DNA of 56,878 bases from the IMG/VR virus record IMGVR_UViG_3300044984_001322, positions 1 through 56,878 of that record; one strand, 5' to 3'. This document shows, in pieces, positions 47,746 to 56,878 of the stretch. The position numbers were made by a program, and so were the translations under genes. This stretch comes from a virus (taxonomy: Duplodnaviria > Caudoviricetes). Every line of letters begins with the position of its first letter. The stretch's first letter is position 1. The notes under the pieces are model-generated. The model was not told where the DNA came from, did no database searches, and was given only the letters and a program-made list of their open reading frames with translations.

Positions 47746-48407
47746 GCCAATTTCGCCTTCATCATATCCTTGGCAGTCGTAAACGCAGCAAGCATTGGCG
47801 CATCACTGCGGTTCTTCGCGTACTTGGATGCCTTGGCATATGCAGCCTTCAATTCATCAACCGTCTTGGCGTCAGAAATCAACTTTATAAGAGCGTCTTG
47901 GTCATCCAGCGCCGTGTTGGGCGTTGCCTCTTCTGCTTTTGGCGGCGTCTTAGCTGCATCCGGCAAGTCTTCACCTGCATATATGTAGTGGCCTAAACCA
48001 AACAGCGACATCGCCTTTACCAAGCAACGCATCTTCGTATCGTTAAGTGCGCGTGCATCTGGATTTTTAATGGCGGCATTGCGGTGATCCATGACCGGCA
48101 ACCACATAGTGCGTGTAATCCCGTTGATGCTGAGGATGCATCGAACTTCGCATGATCGGTCAGTCATCTCAAAAACTTCGTTGCCGGAGTCCGTCCGTTC
48201 AAAGACAAAGTGGCTGTTGGGGAAATTGTCCATGAGAACCCCCCAAGCCCATGCCCAAGACAGGTAGTTGTGACCTGCTTTCTTCTCGACATTATCGTTG
48301 ACGTTTATTGCGGAGAGCGTCTGCCAAATCTGCTTGGCGCGTTCTTCTGGCAGGGCATCAAAGGTGTTGATGCTGCCGCTAATCATAGTTTCTAATCCCA
48401 TGTCCAT
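47742..48407 (-). CDS. Sak/DUF1071-type single-strand annealing protein
   Basis: YLSWAWAW, MWLPVMD, MRCLVKA..FGLG.YIYAGED. Confidence 0.88.
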   Translation of the reverse strand: MDMGLETMISGSINTFDALPEERAKQIWQTLSAINVNDNVEKKAGHNYLSWAWAWGVLMDNFPNSHFVFERTDSGNEVFEMTDRSCEVRCILSINGITRTMWLPVMDHRNAAIKNPDARALNDTKMRCLVKAMSLFGLGHYIYAGEDLPDAAKTPPKAEEATPNTALDDQDALIKLISDAKTVDELKAAYAKASKYAKNRSDAPMLAAFTTAKDMMKAKLA

Positions 48408-48686
48408 CTCCGTATTGATGCCGCACGTTACCACCCAAAAGATTAGACACAAGCGATACATAAGAATGTGTTTAAATAAGTTGTGCTGTGTGTCTTTTGA
48501 GTCACAAAAAACTAGCTGGTCTTAATCAAGAACACAAGTAGAACATACGTATTTCTGCGGATTTTTTACATTTGGCTACAAATTATGACATTACGGAATG
48601 CTTATGCAAATAATAAAAAGTAAAATTGTTAAAATACTGAGTGTTATTTCTTGCGTAAAAATAATTCTTAGGTAAATTTATGCACA

Positions 48687-48777
48687 GAAGACGGCTAGGG
48701 TAGCCCCCGAAGAGCCGCGTTCGCCCAAGCGATGAATCCCTTCTTCGCGTGGTCTGCCGTCTTCAAATTGGGCGAAC
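48687..48777 (+). ncRNA. Structured leader RNA upstream of initiator (C4/CI-like candidate)
   Basis: Outer stem GAAGACGGC/GCCGTCTTC; internal GTTCGCCCAA perfectly complementary to downstream TTGGGCGAAC. Confidence 0.55.
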
Positions 48778-48797
48778 ATGTAGGGGGACTATTTTTT

Positions 48798-49673
48798 ATG
48801 GATACTAGTAGTACTGTTTCACCGCACCAAGGTGGCTACGTTTTAATTTATCGGCAGCTTTTGCAGAACCCAATCTTCAGAACAGATGCTGAGGCGATGG
48901 CTTTTGCGTTGCTGGTTATGAAGGCATCGTGGAAAGACGTTAATGTCCGTTACAAAGACAAGATCATAAGCCTTCAACGTGGACAGGTTGCTATCTCTTC
49001 ACGAGACCTAGCCTTCCGTCTTGAGCGCAATAAAGATTGGGCAAATCGCTTCTTCAAACGCCTCAGCGACTGCGACATGGTGCGAGTCACCAGTGCGACA
49101 GGGGTCAACGTCGTAACTATATGTAATTACGACAGTTATCAGGGTGCTTGCGACACGGGTGCGACAGCACCGCGACAGGACCGCGACACGAGTGATCCAC
49201 AGAACAATAAAGGGAATAAAGATAATAAAATAAATAAACTTAATACTACTACTGCGCGTGGGACGCGCTTACCCAAAGATTGGATACCTTCGGTAGAGTA
49301 TGTGGAGTTTGCTAAGACAGAACTTAACTGGACTGATGGAGACGTGGCGGCGGAAGCAATGGTGTTCCGCGACCACTGGATTGCACAGCCAGCATCAAAG
49401 GGCGTAAAGAACGATTGGTTTGCCACATGGCGCAATTGGGTTCGTCGCAGCTACCGCAAGCCATCTAGTGCTGGCGAAGCTGACTATCCCACGCCGCCTG
49501 AATTCAAAGACCGCAAGAAATATCTAGATTGGTACTGCTCGCAGTGGGCTGGATACAACTGGTCTGCGCTTATGGCTGGATCAGACGAAGACAAAGCCTA
49601 CGCAGCCAAGACCCGCAAGCAGGTCTCTGTGCTGCGCAAAGAACTGAAGGAGATCGCAAATGGACCTGCGTGA
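48798..49673 (+). CDS. Replication initiator (N-terminal HTH; C-terminal domain with W.ATWRNWVR)
   Basis: LQRGQ..., VVTICNYDSYQ, RGTRLPKDW; internal iterons. Confidence 0.8.
   Translation: MDTSSTVSPHQGGYVLIYRQLLQNPIFRTDAEAMAFALLVMKASWKDVNVRYKDKIISLQRGQVAISSRDLAFRLERNKDWANRFFKRLSDCDMVRVTSATGVNVVTICNYDSYQGACDTGATAPRQDRDTSDPQNNKGNKDNKINKLNTTTARGTRLPKDWIPSVEYVEFAKTELNWTDGDVAAEAMVFRDHWIAQPASKGVKNDWFATWRNWVRRSYRKPSSAGEADYPTPPEFKDRKKYLDWYCSQWAGYNWSALMAGSDEDKAYAAKTRKQVSVLRKELKEIANGPA
49150..49252. other. Putative replication origin: four GCGACA iterons at 11-bp period plus AT-rich tract
   Basis: GCGACA at 49150, 49161, 49172, 49183; A-rich 49201-49252; lambda O-like layout. Confidence 0.75.
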
Positions 49674-51486
49674 ACTTTCAGAGAAGCTGAACAGCAACAT
49701 GCTGGCAAGCCTCCGCCACATCCTTCCGGCTGGCATCATCAACGGCGCTGAGTACTGTGTCGGTGGTTTAAGTGGCGAGAAGGGTCAATCCCTGCGCGTC
49801 CATATGTCTGGCCCGAAGGCTGGTGTGTGGAGCGACTTCTCCACCGGAGAGAGTGGCGGCGACCTGATCGATCTATGGAGGTCAGCGAAGAACCAGACGC
49901 TGATTGAGGCGATGGACGAAGTACGCGCTTGGCTTGGGGTAGAGCGCCCGAAGCTGGTCACACCCAAGAAGGAGTACCAGCCACCGCTAAAACCCCAGAA
50001 TGTCCGTAAGGTTGAGGCTACTCCGGTGGAGCAGTTCTTGTTAGAAAAACGACATCTTATTTCTAACACCTTGCAAGCATTTCGCATCGCTGCGGAAGGA
50101 TCACGGGTCTTTTTCCCGTTCATTGATCCGCACGGTGAAACCAAGATGATCAAGTTCCGCGACATCCACGACAAGAAAAAGCAGGGGCCAACATCAGCCG
50201 GACAGATGCCGACCCTCTTTGGCTGGCAAGCTGTTGATCCAAATACACGCGAGATATGGATCACTGAAGGTGAGTTCGACGCGATGGCTGGCTACCAGAT
50301 GGGTGTGTCGGCCATGTCTGTTCCCTTTGGCGGGGGAGGGGGAGCCAAGCAGCAATGGATAGAGAACGAGTTCGACAATCTCGACCGTTTTGAGACCATC
50401 ATCCTTGCCCTAGACATGGACGATGAGGGTGAATTGGCTGCGCGTGAGATTGCAGAGCGCCTTGGCATTCACCGCTGTTTGCGTGTGTTGCTGCCGTTCA
50501 AAGACCTTAACGAATGTTTGGTTGAAGGCGTCGACATCAAGTCGATCCGCGACACGGCGGCTGGCTATGATCCTCAAGAACTGCGCAGTGCTGTCGACTA
50601 CCGCGAAGACATCTTGAAGGAACTGTTCGCCAGCGAAGAGGATACTCGTGGCTTTGCCCCGCTGGTTGGTACGTTGAGCGATACGCTGCGGTTCAGAGAT
50701 GCCGAACTCGTCATCCTCAATGGCATCAACGGCCACGGTAAGAGCCAGTTGGCAGGGCAGTTCGCGCTCGATGCAATGGCGCAGGGAAAGCGCGTGTGTA
50801 TCGCGTCTATGGAGATGCCAGCACGCCGGTTACTCACGAGACTGACACGACAAGCGGCTGGTATTCCAAGCGGTGATCCCACTGTTGCTTATGCCAATGC
50901 ATGTATTGATTTCTACGCCAACAAGCTGTGGCTGTTCGATCTTGTCGGCACGGCCAAAACCACACGCATGCTGGAGGTGTTTCAGTATGCCCGTAAGCGG
51001 TACGGCATAGACATTTTTATCATAGATAACATGACCAAGTGCGGGATCGATGATGACGATTACTCAGCACAGAAGCGGTTCATGGAAGAACTGTGCGACT
51101 TTAAAAACGTGACGGGAACGACTGTGTTTTTGGTGACGCACTCACGCAAGGGCGAGAGCGAAGAGACACCGACAGGGAAGATGGATGTGAAGGGTTCAGG
51201 GTCGATCACCGACCTTGCCGACACTGTCCTTACGATCTGGCGGAACAAGAAGAAGGAACGCGAGATAGGCGAAGTTGAGGTGGATGAAGAGATTCCGATT
51301 GAGCTTCTGGCAACACCGGACTCCCGCCTCATCTGTAGCAAACAGCGCAATGGGGAATGGGAAGGACAGATCGGAACCTATTGGGGTGGCAAATCGATGC
51401 AATTCATCGGGCGCTACTCAGAGCAGCCGCGCAAGTACGTCCAGTACTCAAGCCCCGCAGTTGAGATGGAAGAGGAATTTATATGA
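49660..51486 (+). CDS. Primase-helicase (TOPRIM + SF4 helicase, T7 gp4/Twinkle-like)
   Basis: ITEGEFDAM, DMDDEG, KDLNE, GINGHGKS, LVTHSRK, KGSGSI, KQRNG. Confidence 0.92.
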   Translation: MDLRELSEKLNSNMLASLRHILPAGIINGAEYCVGGLSGEKGQSLRVHMSGPKAGVWSDFSTGESGGDLIDLWRSAKNQTLIEAMDEVRAWLGVERPKLVTPKKEYQPPLKPQNVRKVEATPVEQFLLEKRHLISNTLQAFRIAAEGSRVFFPFIDPHGETKMIKFRDIHDKKKQGPTSAGQMPTLFGWQAVDPNTREIWITEGEFDAMAGYQMGVSAMSVPFGGGGGAKQQWIENEFDNLDRFETIILALDMDDEGELAAREIAERLGIHRCLRVLLPFKDLNECLVEGVDIKSIRDTAAGYDPQELRSAVDYREDILKELFASEEDTRGFAPLVGTLSDTLRFRDAELVILNGINGHGKSQLAGQFALDAMAQGKRVCIASMEMPARRLLTRLTRQAAGIPSGDPTVAYANACIDFYANKLWLFDLVGTAKTTRMLEVFQYARKRYGIDIFIIDNMTKCGIDDDDYSAQKRFMEELCDFKNVTGTTVFLVTHSRKGESEETPTGKMDVKGSGSITDLADTVLTIWRNKKKEREIGEVEVDEEIPIELLATPDSRLICSKQRNGEWEGQIGTYWGGKSMQFIGRYSEQPRKYVQYSSPAVEMEEEFI

Positions 51487-51716
51487 GTGACAATGTAATT
51501 AACTTTCCGAATGCGGACATCGCCTACGGCCACATAGAACCGACTATGGTGTTGCAAAGCGCAATAGAGCGGGAGCTTGACACCGTGCTTGTCCTTGGTT
51601 GGGCAAGGGATGGTGGCCTGTACATGGCGAGTAGCGAAGGGTCTCTCGCAGAGAATATCACAATGCTTGAACTGGCAAAGTTCGAACACATCGGGATGCT
51701 TCTACAAAATGACTGA
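51483..51716 (+). CDS. Hypothetical protein
   Basis: VLVLGW..DG.LYMASS; coupled. Confidence 0.75.
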   Translation: MSDNVINFPNADIAYGHIEPTMVLQSAIERELDTVLVLGWARDGGLYMASSEGSLAENITMLELAKFEHIGMLLQND

Positions 51717-52041
51717 AGAAAACTTTGCACAAGCCATCCGTGAGGTGGCCGTCATGTTGCGTGATGCTGAGTACGCCGTTGCCAAGACAGAGGCAGACGT
51801 AAAGCGGATCGTGGCAAAAGCCATGTTTGAAGGCGAGATGAAAGGCAACAAGAGTGCCGCTGCCCAAGTGCGTTACGCTGACGAAAGCGATGCTGTGTAC
51901 GCAGCACGGCTGGCACACGGCGTGGCAAAGGGCGAGCAAGCGTTCGCCAAGGCCGAATTGAAGGCGCGAGAGATTGCGTTTGAACACTGGCGCACGAAAG
52001 CGGCGACATTAAGAATGGAACGAAAGGTGTACAGCGCGTGA
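51709..52041 (+). CDS. Helical protein, possibly recombination mediator-like
   Basis: FEHWRT..A..R C-terminal motif. Confidence 0.7.
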   Translation: MTEENFAQAIREVAVMLRDAEYAVAKTEADVKRIVAKAMFEGEMKGNKSAAAQVRYADESDAVYAARLAHGVAKGEQAFAKAELKAREIAFEHWRTKAATLRMERKVYSA

Positions 52042-52349
52042 AGGGGCGCACGCCTACAGCAGCGGAGAAACGGTGGATGGATGCCGTTGCTCAAGTTGGC
52101 TGCATAGCTTGCAAAAGCTTGGGCGTGTACCAGCCGGAGATTTCACTGCACCACATCGAAGGACGGACAAAGGAGGGAGCGCACTTTAAGACGCTGCCGC
52201 TTTGCTACCCGCATCATCAGGGCGGTGATCCAAGAGGGCCATTCACAAGTGTGCATCCTTGGAAGCAGAGGTTCGAAGAAATGTTTGGAACGCAAGAGGA
52301 TTTGCTGGCGAAGTGCCGTACTCTCGTTGGAGAAAATGATAATGGATGA
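52038..52349 (+). CDS. Ref-family (HNH) nuclease
   Basis: GCIAC, LHHI.GR, LPLC..HH, FEEMFGT..DLL. Confidence 0.85.
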   Translation: MKGRTPTAAEKRWMDAVAQVGCIACKSLGVYQPEISLHHIEGRTKEGAHFKTLPLCYPHHQGGDPRGPFTSVHPWKQRFEEMFGTQEDLLAKCRTLVGENDNG

Positions 52350-52875
52350 CTACAGCAATATGCTCAACCGCAACGAGCGGACGTACATGAACCTTAATGA
52401 CAAGCAAAAAAAAGCCTACTGGATGGGCGACCCCAAAAAATTGGCGGGAAAAAACCAGAAGCCAACAAACCCGAAGGATGCTGTCGGTGTAAAGAAGGCT
52501 CCCATGAGTACCGTATCATCAGCCGTACTGGCAGAGGTAGGGGTAGCAATGCTTGAAGGCGCATTGAAGTATGGTCGCCACAACTACAGAGGTGTCGGCG
52601 TAAGGGCATCTGTCTATTACGACGCAACGATCCGCCACATGTTTAGCTGGTGGGAGGGTGAAGACAAAGACCCTGACAGCGGCATGAGCCACATCACCAA
52701 AGCCATAGCTAGCTTGGTCGTGCTGCGAGACGCCATGATCCAGAGCAAGGTAGAGGATGACAGGCCACCACGCTCAGTAGAGTTCTACGCTGGCTTAAAC
52801 GAGCAAGCTGCAAAGCTGATCGATCAGTACGGGAGCGTGCAGCCATATCACTACACGATAGCGAACGATGAGTAA
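52336..52875 (+). CDS. dATP/dGTP diphosphohydrolase-domain protein (DUF5664-like)
   Basis: NPKDAVG..K.P, GA.KYG..NY, GED.DPDSG..H...A, DDRP. Confidence 0.85.
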   Translation: MIMDDYSNMLNRNERTYMNLNDKQKKAYWMGDPKKLAGKNQKPTNPKDAVGVKKAPMSTVSSAVLAEVGVAMLEGALKYGRHNYRGVGVRASVYYDATIRHMFSWWEGEDKDPDSGMSHITKAIASLVVLRDAMIQSKVEDDRPPRSVEFYAGLNEQAAKLIDQYGSVQPYHYTIANDE

Positions 52876-53074
52876 GCAGTCGAAGATAGACAGCTTCATG
52901 GAGACGGTGACTAACACCACCATCGGTTTCGTGGTCTCGCTGATCACATGGGGACAGAACTTAGGCATCACCGCCATCTTCACCGTGGTCTCTGTAGTCA
53001 GGGGCTACATTCTGCGCCGCGCCTTCAATGGCCGGTCAGTCTGGCAGACAATTAGGAGTAAATCATATGGGTAA
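52868..53074 (+). CDS. Small membrane protein
   Basis: SFME...N..IG, FTVVSV.R.Y..RRAFN. Confidence 0.7.
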   Translation: MSKQSKIDSFMETVTNTTIGFVVSLITWGQNLGITAIFTVVSVVRGYILRRAFNGRSVWQTIRSKSYG

Positions 53075-53372
53075 AATGAGCCGCACAAAAGGTGCTGTCT
53101 ATGAGCGCGAACTGGTCAACCAAGCCAAGGAATTCGGCCTGTTTGCGCAGCGTGTACCGTTGTCTGGAGCCACGACTTATGCTAAGGGAGACGTAGAAAT
53201 AACGCCTACTTTCAGTGAGAAGCCGTGGGTGTTCGAAGCCAAGCGCAGGAAGGAGCTTCCGGCGTGGTTGCTTGAAGCTTTGGGTGAGAATGCTGGCCTG
53301 ATCTTACGCGCAGATAACGAGAAATCTGTAGCCATCATCCCGCTCACAACACTGTTGGAGTTGATGCAGTAA
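53067..53372 (+). CDS. Holliday junction resolvase-like PD-(D/E)xK nuclease
   Basis: SRTKG..YERE, GD, FEAKR. Confidence 0.8.
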   Translation: MGKMSRTKGAVYERELVNQAKEFGLFAQRVPLSGATTYAKGDVEITPTFSEKPWVFEAKRRKELPAWLLEALGENAGLILRADNEKSVAIIPLTTLLELMQ

Positions 53373-53678
53373 GTGAAGCCTACAAAGAAAACTACACCGC
53401 TCCAGACTGTGGTGTGGGCAGAGACGGCCTCCAAGCAAGGACGCCATCACGAAAGGATGCAGTGGATTGACAAGAATGTTCCAGAAAGCTTCCGCGCTTT
53501 GGTCAGAGATCACATGGTCTCTTTTCTTGCAGGAATTGCGTATGCGCTACCAACTAAGGAAATGCGCAGAGAATTTATCGACGACATTCCGCTTGATTGC
53601 GATCCTCCTTGGTCGCGTTCGCTAGTAGAGAATTATGTATTATTGATATGGAAAACCCAACGCAAAATGGCCGCATAA
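53373..53678 (+). CDS. Hypothetical protein
   Basis: 101-aa GTG-start ORF in operon. Confidence 0.6.
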   Translation: MKPTKKTTPLQTVVWAETASKQGRHHERMQWIDKNVPESFRALVRDHMVSFLAGIAYALPTKEMRREFIDDIPLDCDPPWSRSLVENYVLLIWKTQRKMAA

Positions 53679-54103
53679 TTTACGAGAATGAAGCCACGCT
53701 TCTAACAGAGCGGCTGGCTATCACTGAGGTTGCGTCCCTATGGACGGTGTCGGTGGTCAAGCTGCCGCGCAAGTACTCCGCTGACTTTGCTCTAATCAGA
53801 GAAGGTTGCGGTGAAAGAAAGGTTGTGGCTTGGGCTGAGTTCAAGAGCCGCACAAATCCCATCGATAAGTACAAGAACTATCAGGTTTCACTACACAAGT
53901 ACATGCGGATGACCTCCCTTGCAACGGAGACAGGGATCATGTCGCTACTCATCGTCCAGTGGACGGATTGCACGGGCTACATTCAACTCCCAACCCCTGT
54001 GAACGTAGTCTTTGGCGGGACTATGAACCGTGGAGATTGGGAGGATAAAGAGCCAATGGTAGAGATACCTAACTCAATGTTTAAGATCATATCCAGAAAG
54101 TGA
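53648..54103 (+). CDS. PD-(D/E)xK nuclease-like protein
   Basis: Y.ADF...WAEFKSR, R.D..D.EP. Confidence 0.7.
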   Translation: MENPTQNGRIIYENEATLLTERLAITEVASLWTVSVVKLPRKYSADFALIREGCGERKVVAWAEFKSRTNPIDKYKNYQVSLHKYMRMTSLATETGIMSLLIVQWTDCTGYIQLPTPVNVVFGGTMNRGDWEDKEPMVEIPNSMFKIISRK

Positions 54104-54364
54104 AGCTAGGTAATTGATCCGCTCTTTGTAGAATGGATCATTCTCAGACCACTTGTCTGCTCTTTGTAGGGCATGACAGACAGTGCTGTGATCCCTGCCC
54201 ATGACTGTACCGATCTTGACTGTGCTATTACCGCGAAGGCTCATCGCCTTCTGAATAGCATATCTTGCCATGACGGTTTCGCGTGTACGCTTGGGAGACA
54301 TGATATCTCTTGGGCATATGCCAAACGTCTCGCCGCCAGCGCGAACAATATCCATTAAAAACAT
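54074..54364 (-). CDS. DnaA C-terminal-like HTH protein
   Basis: R...V.AR, IG...GRDHSTV.HA. Confidence 0.8.
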   Translation of the reverse strand: MFLMDIVRAGGETFGICPRDIMSPKRTRETVMARYAIQKAMSLRGNSTVKIGTVMGRDHSTVCHALQRADKWSENDPFYKERINYLASLSGYDLKH

Positions 54365-54376
54365 ATAAAATCCTTT

Positions 54377-54405
54377 GGGAGAGGCCGAAACCCCTCCCTT
54401 TGTTT
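54377..54405. terminator. Hairpin at the nrdJ 3' end
   Basis: GGGAGAGG CCGAAA CCCCTCCC TTTGTTT. Confidence 0.5.
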
Positions 54406-56350
54406 AAGCTGCGTCTAGTGTTTGTGCGCCGACAATCTCGCAACTGCTACCGGAGCATGCGAGTTCGCGAGTGCCTTCGACTGTATCGATGCCCTTCTCG
54501 TAGTAACCAAGATCAGCCCAATCGATTGCGGCTGGCATTGCTGCCAACATCTCTTCGTACTTTTCGGCTGTGATGGTTTCATACGGCATCTGCGTGTAGG
54601 TGCTGTCACCTTCGAAGTGAGGCAAGAAGGACAGGCCGGTGATATCATCGAAGTGATCGTACACAGAGCCGCCCACTGAAGGCCACTCGTGTTCTTTGAT
54701 GCTTATCGTGCAGGACACAGCATGCTCAGACCAGTGCGTGTTGTATGTACGCACCAGATCAAGATGCTCTAACGCAGTCACATCGTCGCGAGTGACCGTG
54801 CCTTCACCCAACTTCACCGGAAACGCAAAGACAGTCATGCCCTGCGGCTTAGTCGAGTGAGGCTCACTTGGAATACCAGCGTCTGACATGAACGTAGTGA
54901 TGGGGTCTTTGTTGTCGCCCGTCACGCGCCGGATGTAGTAGGGCGCATGCCCTTGGTGGATACCGCTTGGGCTGTTCACTAACTGAGACACTGTGCCGGA
55001 TGGCTTGACGGTGGTCACCGCAGCCGAAGGGTTGATGCCTATGTCGTTGGCCTCCAGACGGTTGGCTTTGATAGCCACAGCCTTCAGCTTCTCCAAGTTC
55101 GCGCCTAGCTTTTCCAAGCCACCTTCACCACGCATCAGTGCGTTGTCGTATATGCCAGTTAGGGACACACCAAGCAGACGCTCTTCCTCTGCGTTTCGAC
55201 GCCACTCTGGCTCGACAAAGTTGAAGCGGGTGAGGGTAGACTGCCATGTGCCAAGGATTGACGCGAGACGTACCTTCTCTTTCAGATCGTTCATCCCGTC
55301 ATGCTCACGCACCACAGCCTCAGTCAGGTTGCAGAAACCACGGGGACGCAAGATGATCTCGCCGCATGGGTTCGTACCAAAGTCATAACGGTGGTCACGC
55401 CGACCAAGCCGTAGGATTTTATTGATGGCTCCCTCACGATTGAAGATGCCACGCTCACCGGAGCGGGAACGATAAAGGGCCAACCACTCATCCATGAACT
55501 GGCCTACCTCTGGCTTCTCTGTGTAGGCGGCAGAGTTATTGGCTAGGGCAAGGTAAGGCTTCTCCATCCACCAATTGCCAGACTTAGCATCGCGCATACG
55601 CTGGTCGGAGAGGTTCGACAGGCTGATCTCAGCGGATCGGCGGACACCACCAACGACAACGATCTCACCTACTTTGCAGATGATCTCATGTATCTCGATG
55701 CTGTTCAGTTTACGCCCACACGCATTACGCATGGTGCGGATCGTGAATTCGAATAGGTCGCGCAGAGGATCAGGGCCAGAGGCGCGGCCACCGAAGACCT
55801 TCAAGCGTTCGCCAGCCGGACGAATCTGGCTGTAGTCCACGTTGGGGATAGTCCCTGCATACAAGCAAGTGATCAGTGTGTGATAAGCTTCAGCCCAACC
55901 AAGCTTGCTATCTCCGACAATGATGTCGAAGGCGGTGCGGTCAAAGTGATCCGGTACAGTAGGCAGCTTGGATATTTCCTGCCGCTCAACGCTGAAACCA
56001 ACACCCGTTCCACACATAAGGACGTAGAGCGCCTCAGAGAACGCCTTGGGGCGATCAATGGGTAGGTAGCTACAATTGTAGCCAGCAATGTTCTCGCGCC
56101 TCAGAGCCTCTCCTGCGGTCATTAAGGCACGCATTGATGGCATGACCCCTAGCGACAGCACGGCGTCCTCAAGCTCACTGCGAAGCATGCGTGATGGCTT
56201 TGTGTCGTGATGCTCTTCAAGCTGCTCTTCAAAGAAGTCGAAATATCGCGAGACGGTTTCGTCCCAATGCTCTCTGCGACCCTTGGAATCAATGAAACGG
56301 GCGTAGCGAGACTTGTGAATATAAGACTGATAGTCAGTTGGTAGTTGCAT
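54404..56350 (-). CDS. nrdJ: Class II (AdoCbl-dependent) ribonucleotide reductase
   Basis: YNCSY, GTGVG, GGVRRSA, TNPCGEI, VKPSGT, C-terminal ACSGSSC; no small-subunit gene seen. Confidence 0.93.
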   Translation of the reverse strand: MQLPTDYQSYIHKSRYARFIDSKGRREHWDETVSRYFDFFEEQLEEHHDTKPSRMLRSELEDAVLSLGVMPSMRALMTAGEALRRENIAGYNCSYLPIDRPKAFSEALYVLMCGTGVGFSVERQEISKLPTVPDHFDRTAFDIIVGDSKLGWAEAYHTLITCLYAGTIPNVDYSQIRPAGERLKVFGGRASGPDPLRDLFEFTIRTMRNACGRKLNSIEIHEIICKVGEIVVVGGVRRSAEISLSNLSDQRMRDAKSGNWWMEKPYLALANNSAAYTEKPEVGQFMDEWLALYRSRSGERGIFNREGAINKILRLGRRDHRYDFGTNPCGEIILRPRGFCNLTEAVVREHDGMNDLKEKVRLASILGTWQSTLTRFNFVEPEWRRNAEEERLLGVSLTGIYDNALMRGEGGLEKLGANLEKLKAVAIKANRLEANDIGINPSAAVTTVKPSGTVSQLVNSPSGIHQGHAPYYIRRVTGDNKDPITTFMSDAGIPSEPHSTKPQGMTVFAFPVKLGEGTVTRDDVTALEHLDLVRTYNTHWSEHAVSCTISIKEHEWPSVGGSVYDHFDDITGLSFLPHFEGDSTYTQMPYETITAEKYEEMLAAMPAAIDWADLGYYEKGIDTVEGTRELACSGSSCEIVGAQTLDAA

Positions 56351-56579
56351 TAGTTCCTCCGGATATAATTGCTACGTTGTTAGACATTCGCACCGCACGT
56401 TTATGAAACCCCCAATCCCTGTGGCGCTTGTTACTTCTGCTGTCTAACCGTCGATCCCGCCGTAGTTGTCGGGATTTGAAAGGAGCAGGATGGGGTAACT
56501 GTTAAACTAGAATTTCACTGATCCCACTGTGTCTGTCCGTTGAACAGACGGTCTATAAACCAATCGATGATGCGCCGGA

Positions 56580-56789
56580 TCATTGCTTTAACTCCTGCAA
56601 TGCGCGGACAATCTCCACCGCCCTTGCTGACGTAATGCTTTTCCACTCGCACCATGCGCCACAGCCGCATTCGCGTTCTTCAAGTGCAGCGCAGTCGCAT
56701 AGCTTGGCATCCTCCTCTAGCGCCTTGGCAGCTTCTTCAACGCCTGAGTTGAATCCTTTTTGCCATCTGGATAGTGGGTCATCAGTCAT
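56580..56789 (-). CDS. Small Cys-rich hypothetical protein
   Basis: CDC...CGCGAWC; coupled to the junction-spanning ORF. Confidence 0.65.
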   Translation of the reverse strand: MTDDPLSRWQKGFNSGVEEAAKALEEDAKLCDCAALEERECGCGAWCEWKSITSARAVEIVRALQELKQ

Positions 56790-56878
56790 TTGCTTTTGTC
56801 CTTATCTCCAGCCCACGGGCATCCAGTGCAGCGCGGAAGTCATCAGCATCGGGCATAAACCCGCCAAAATCTTTCAGC
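56783..56878. repeat. Terminal direct repeat copy 2
   Basis: Identical to 1-96. Confidence 0.95.

Noticed and set aside
52336-52875. 2-aminoadenine (Z) genome pathway
   Set aside because: No purZ or dedicated polymerase seen
56351-56510. Canonical cobalamin riboswitch
   Set aside because: Conserved B12-box and GGGAA elements not found

Overview
The window is an apparently complete, circularly assembled genome (56,782 bp unique plus a 96-bp end overlap) of a temperate, podovirus-like tailed phage. The host is probably an alphaproteobacterium (inference only). Modules: (i) a tyrosine integrase with an attP made of the 3' half of tRNA-Arg(UCU) and arm-type repeats; (ii) a leftward operon region (1.7-8.1 kb) of about 15 small, likely early genes including ArdC; (iii) terS, lysis genes, an HNH-type nuclease, terL, portal, scaffold, capsid, adaptors, two long fibre proteins, internal virion proteins and a 3291-aa polyvalent protein; (iv) a second tyrosine recombinase with a YqaJ/Sak-like recombination module; (v) an initiator gene containing an iteron origin, a primase-helicase and nucleases; (vi) a class II ribonucleotide reductase. 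The most striking signal is in the early region. Its gene junctions carry three complete type II hammerhead ribozymes with covarying pseudoknots, plus 4 full, 1 truncated and 1 divergent copy of an unassigned, covarying ~50-nt RNA hairpin. The 5' leader has an rrn-type boxA. Together these suggest an RNA-programmed system that cuts, and possibly circularises, the early mRNA. All protein calls come from motif recognition by eye, not database searches.
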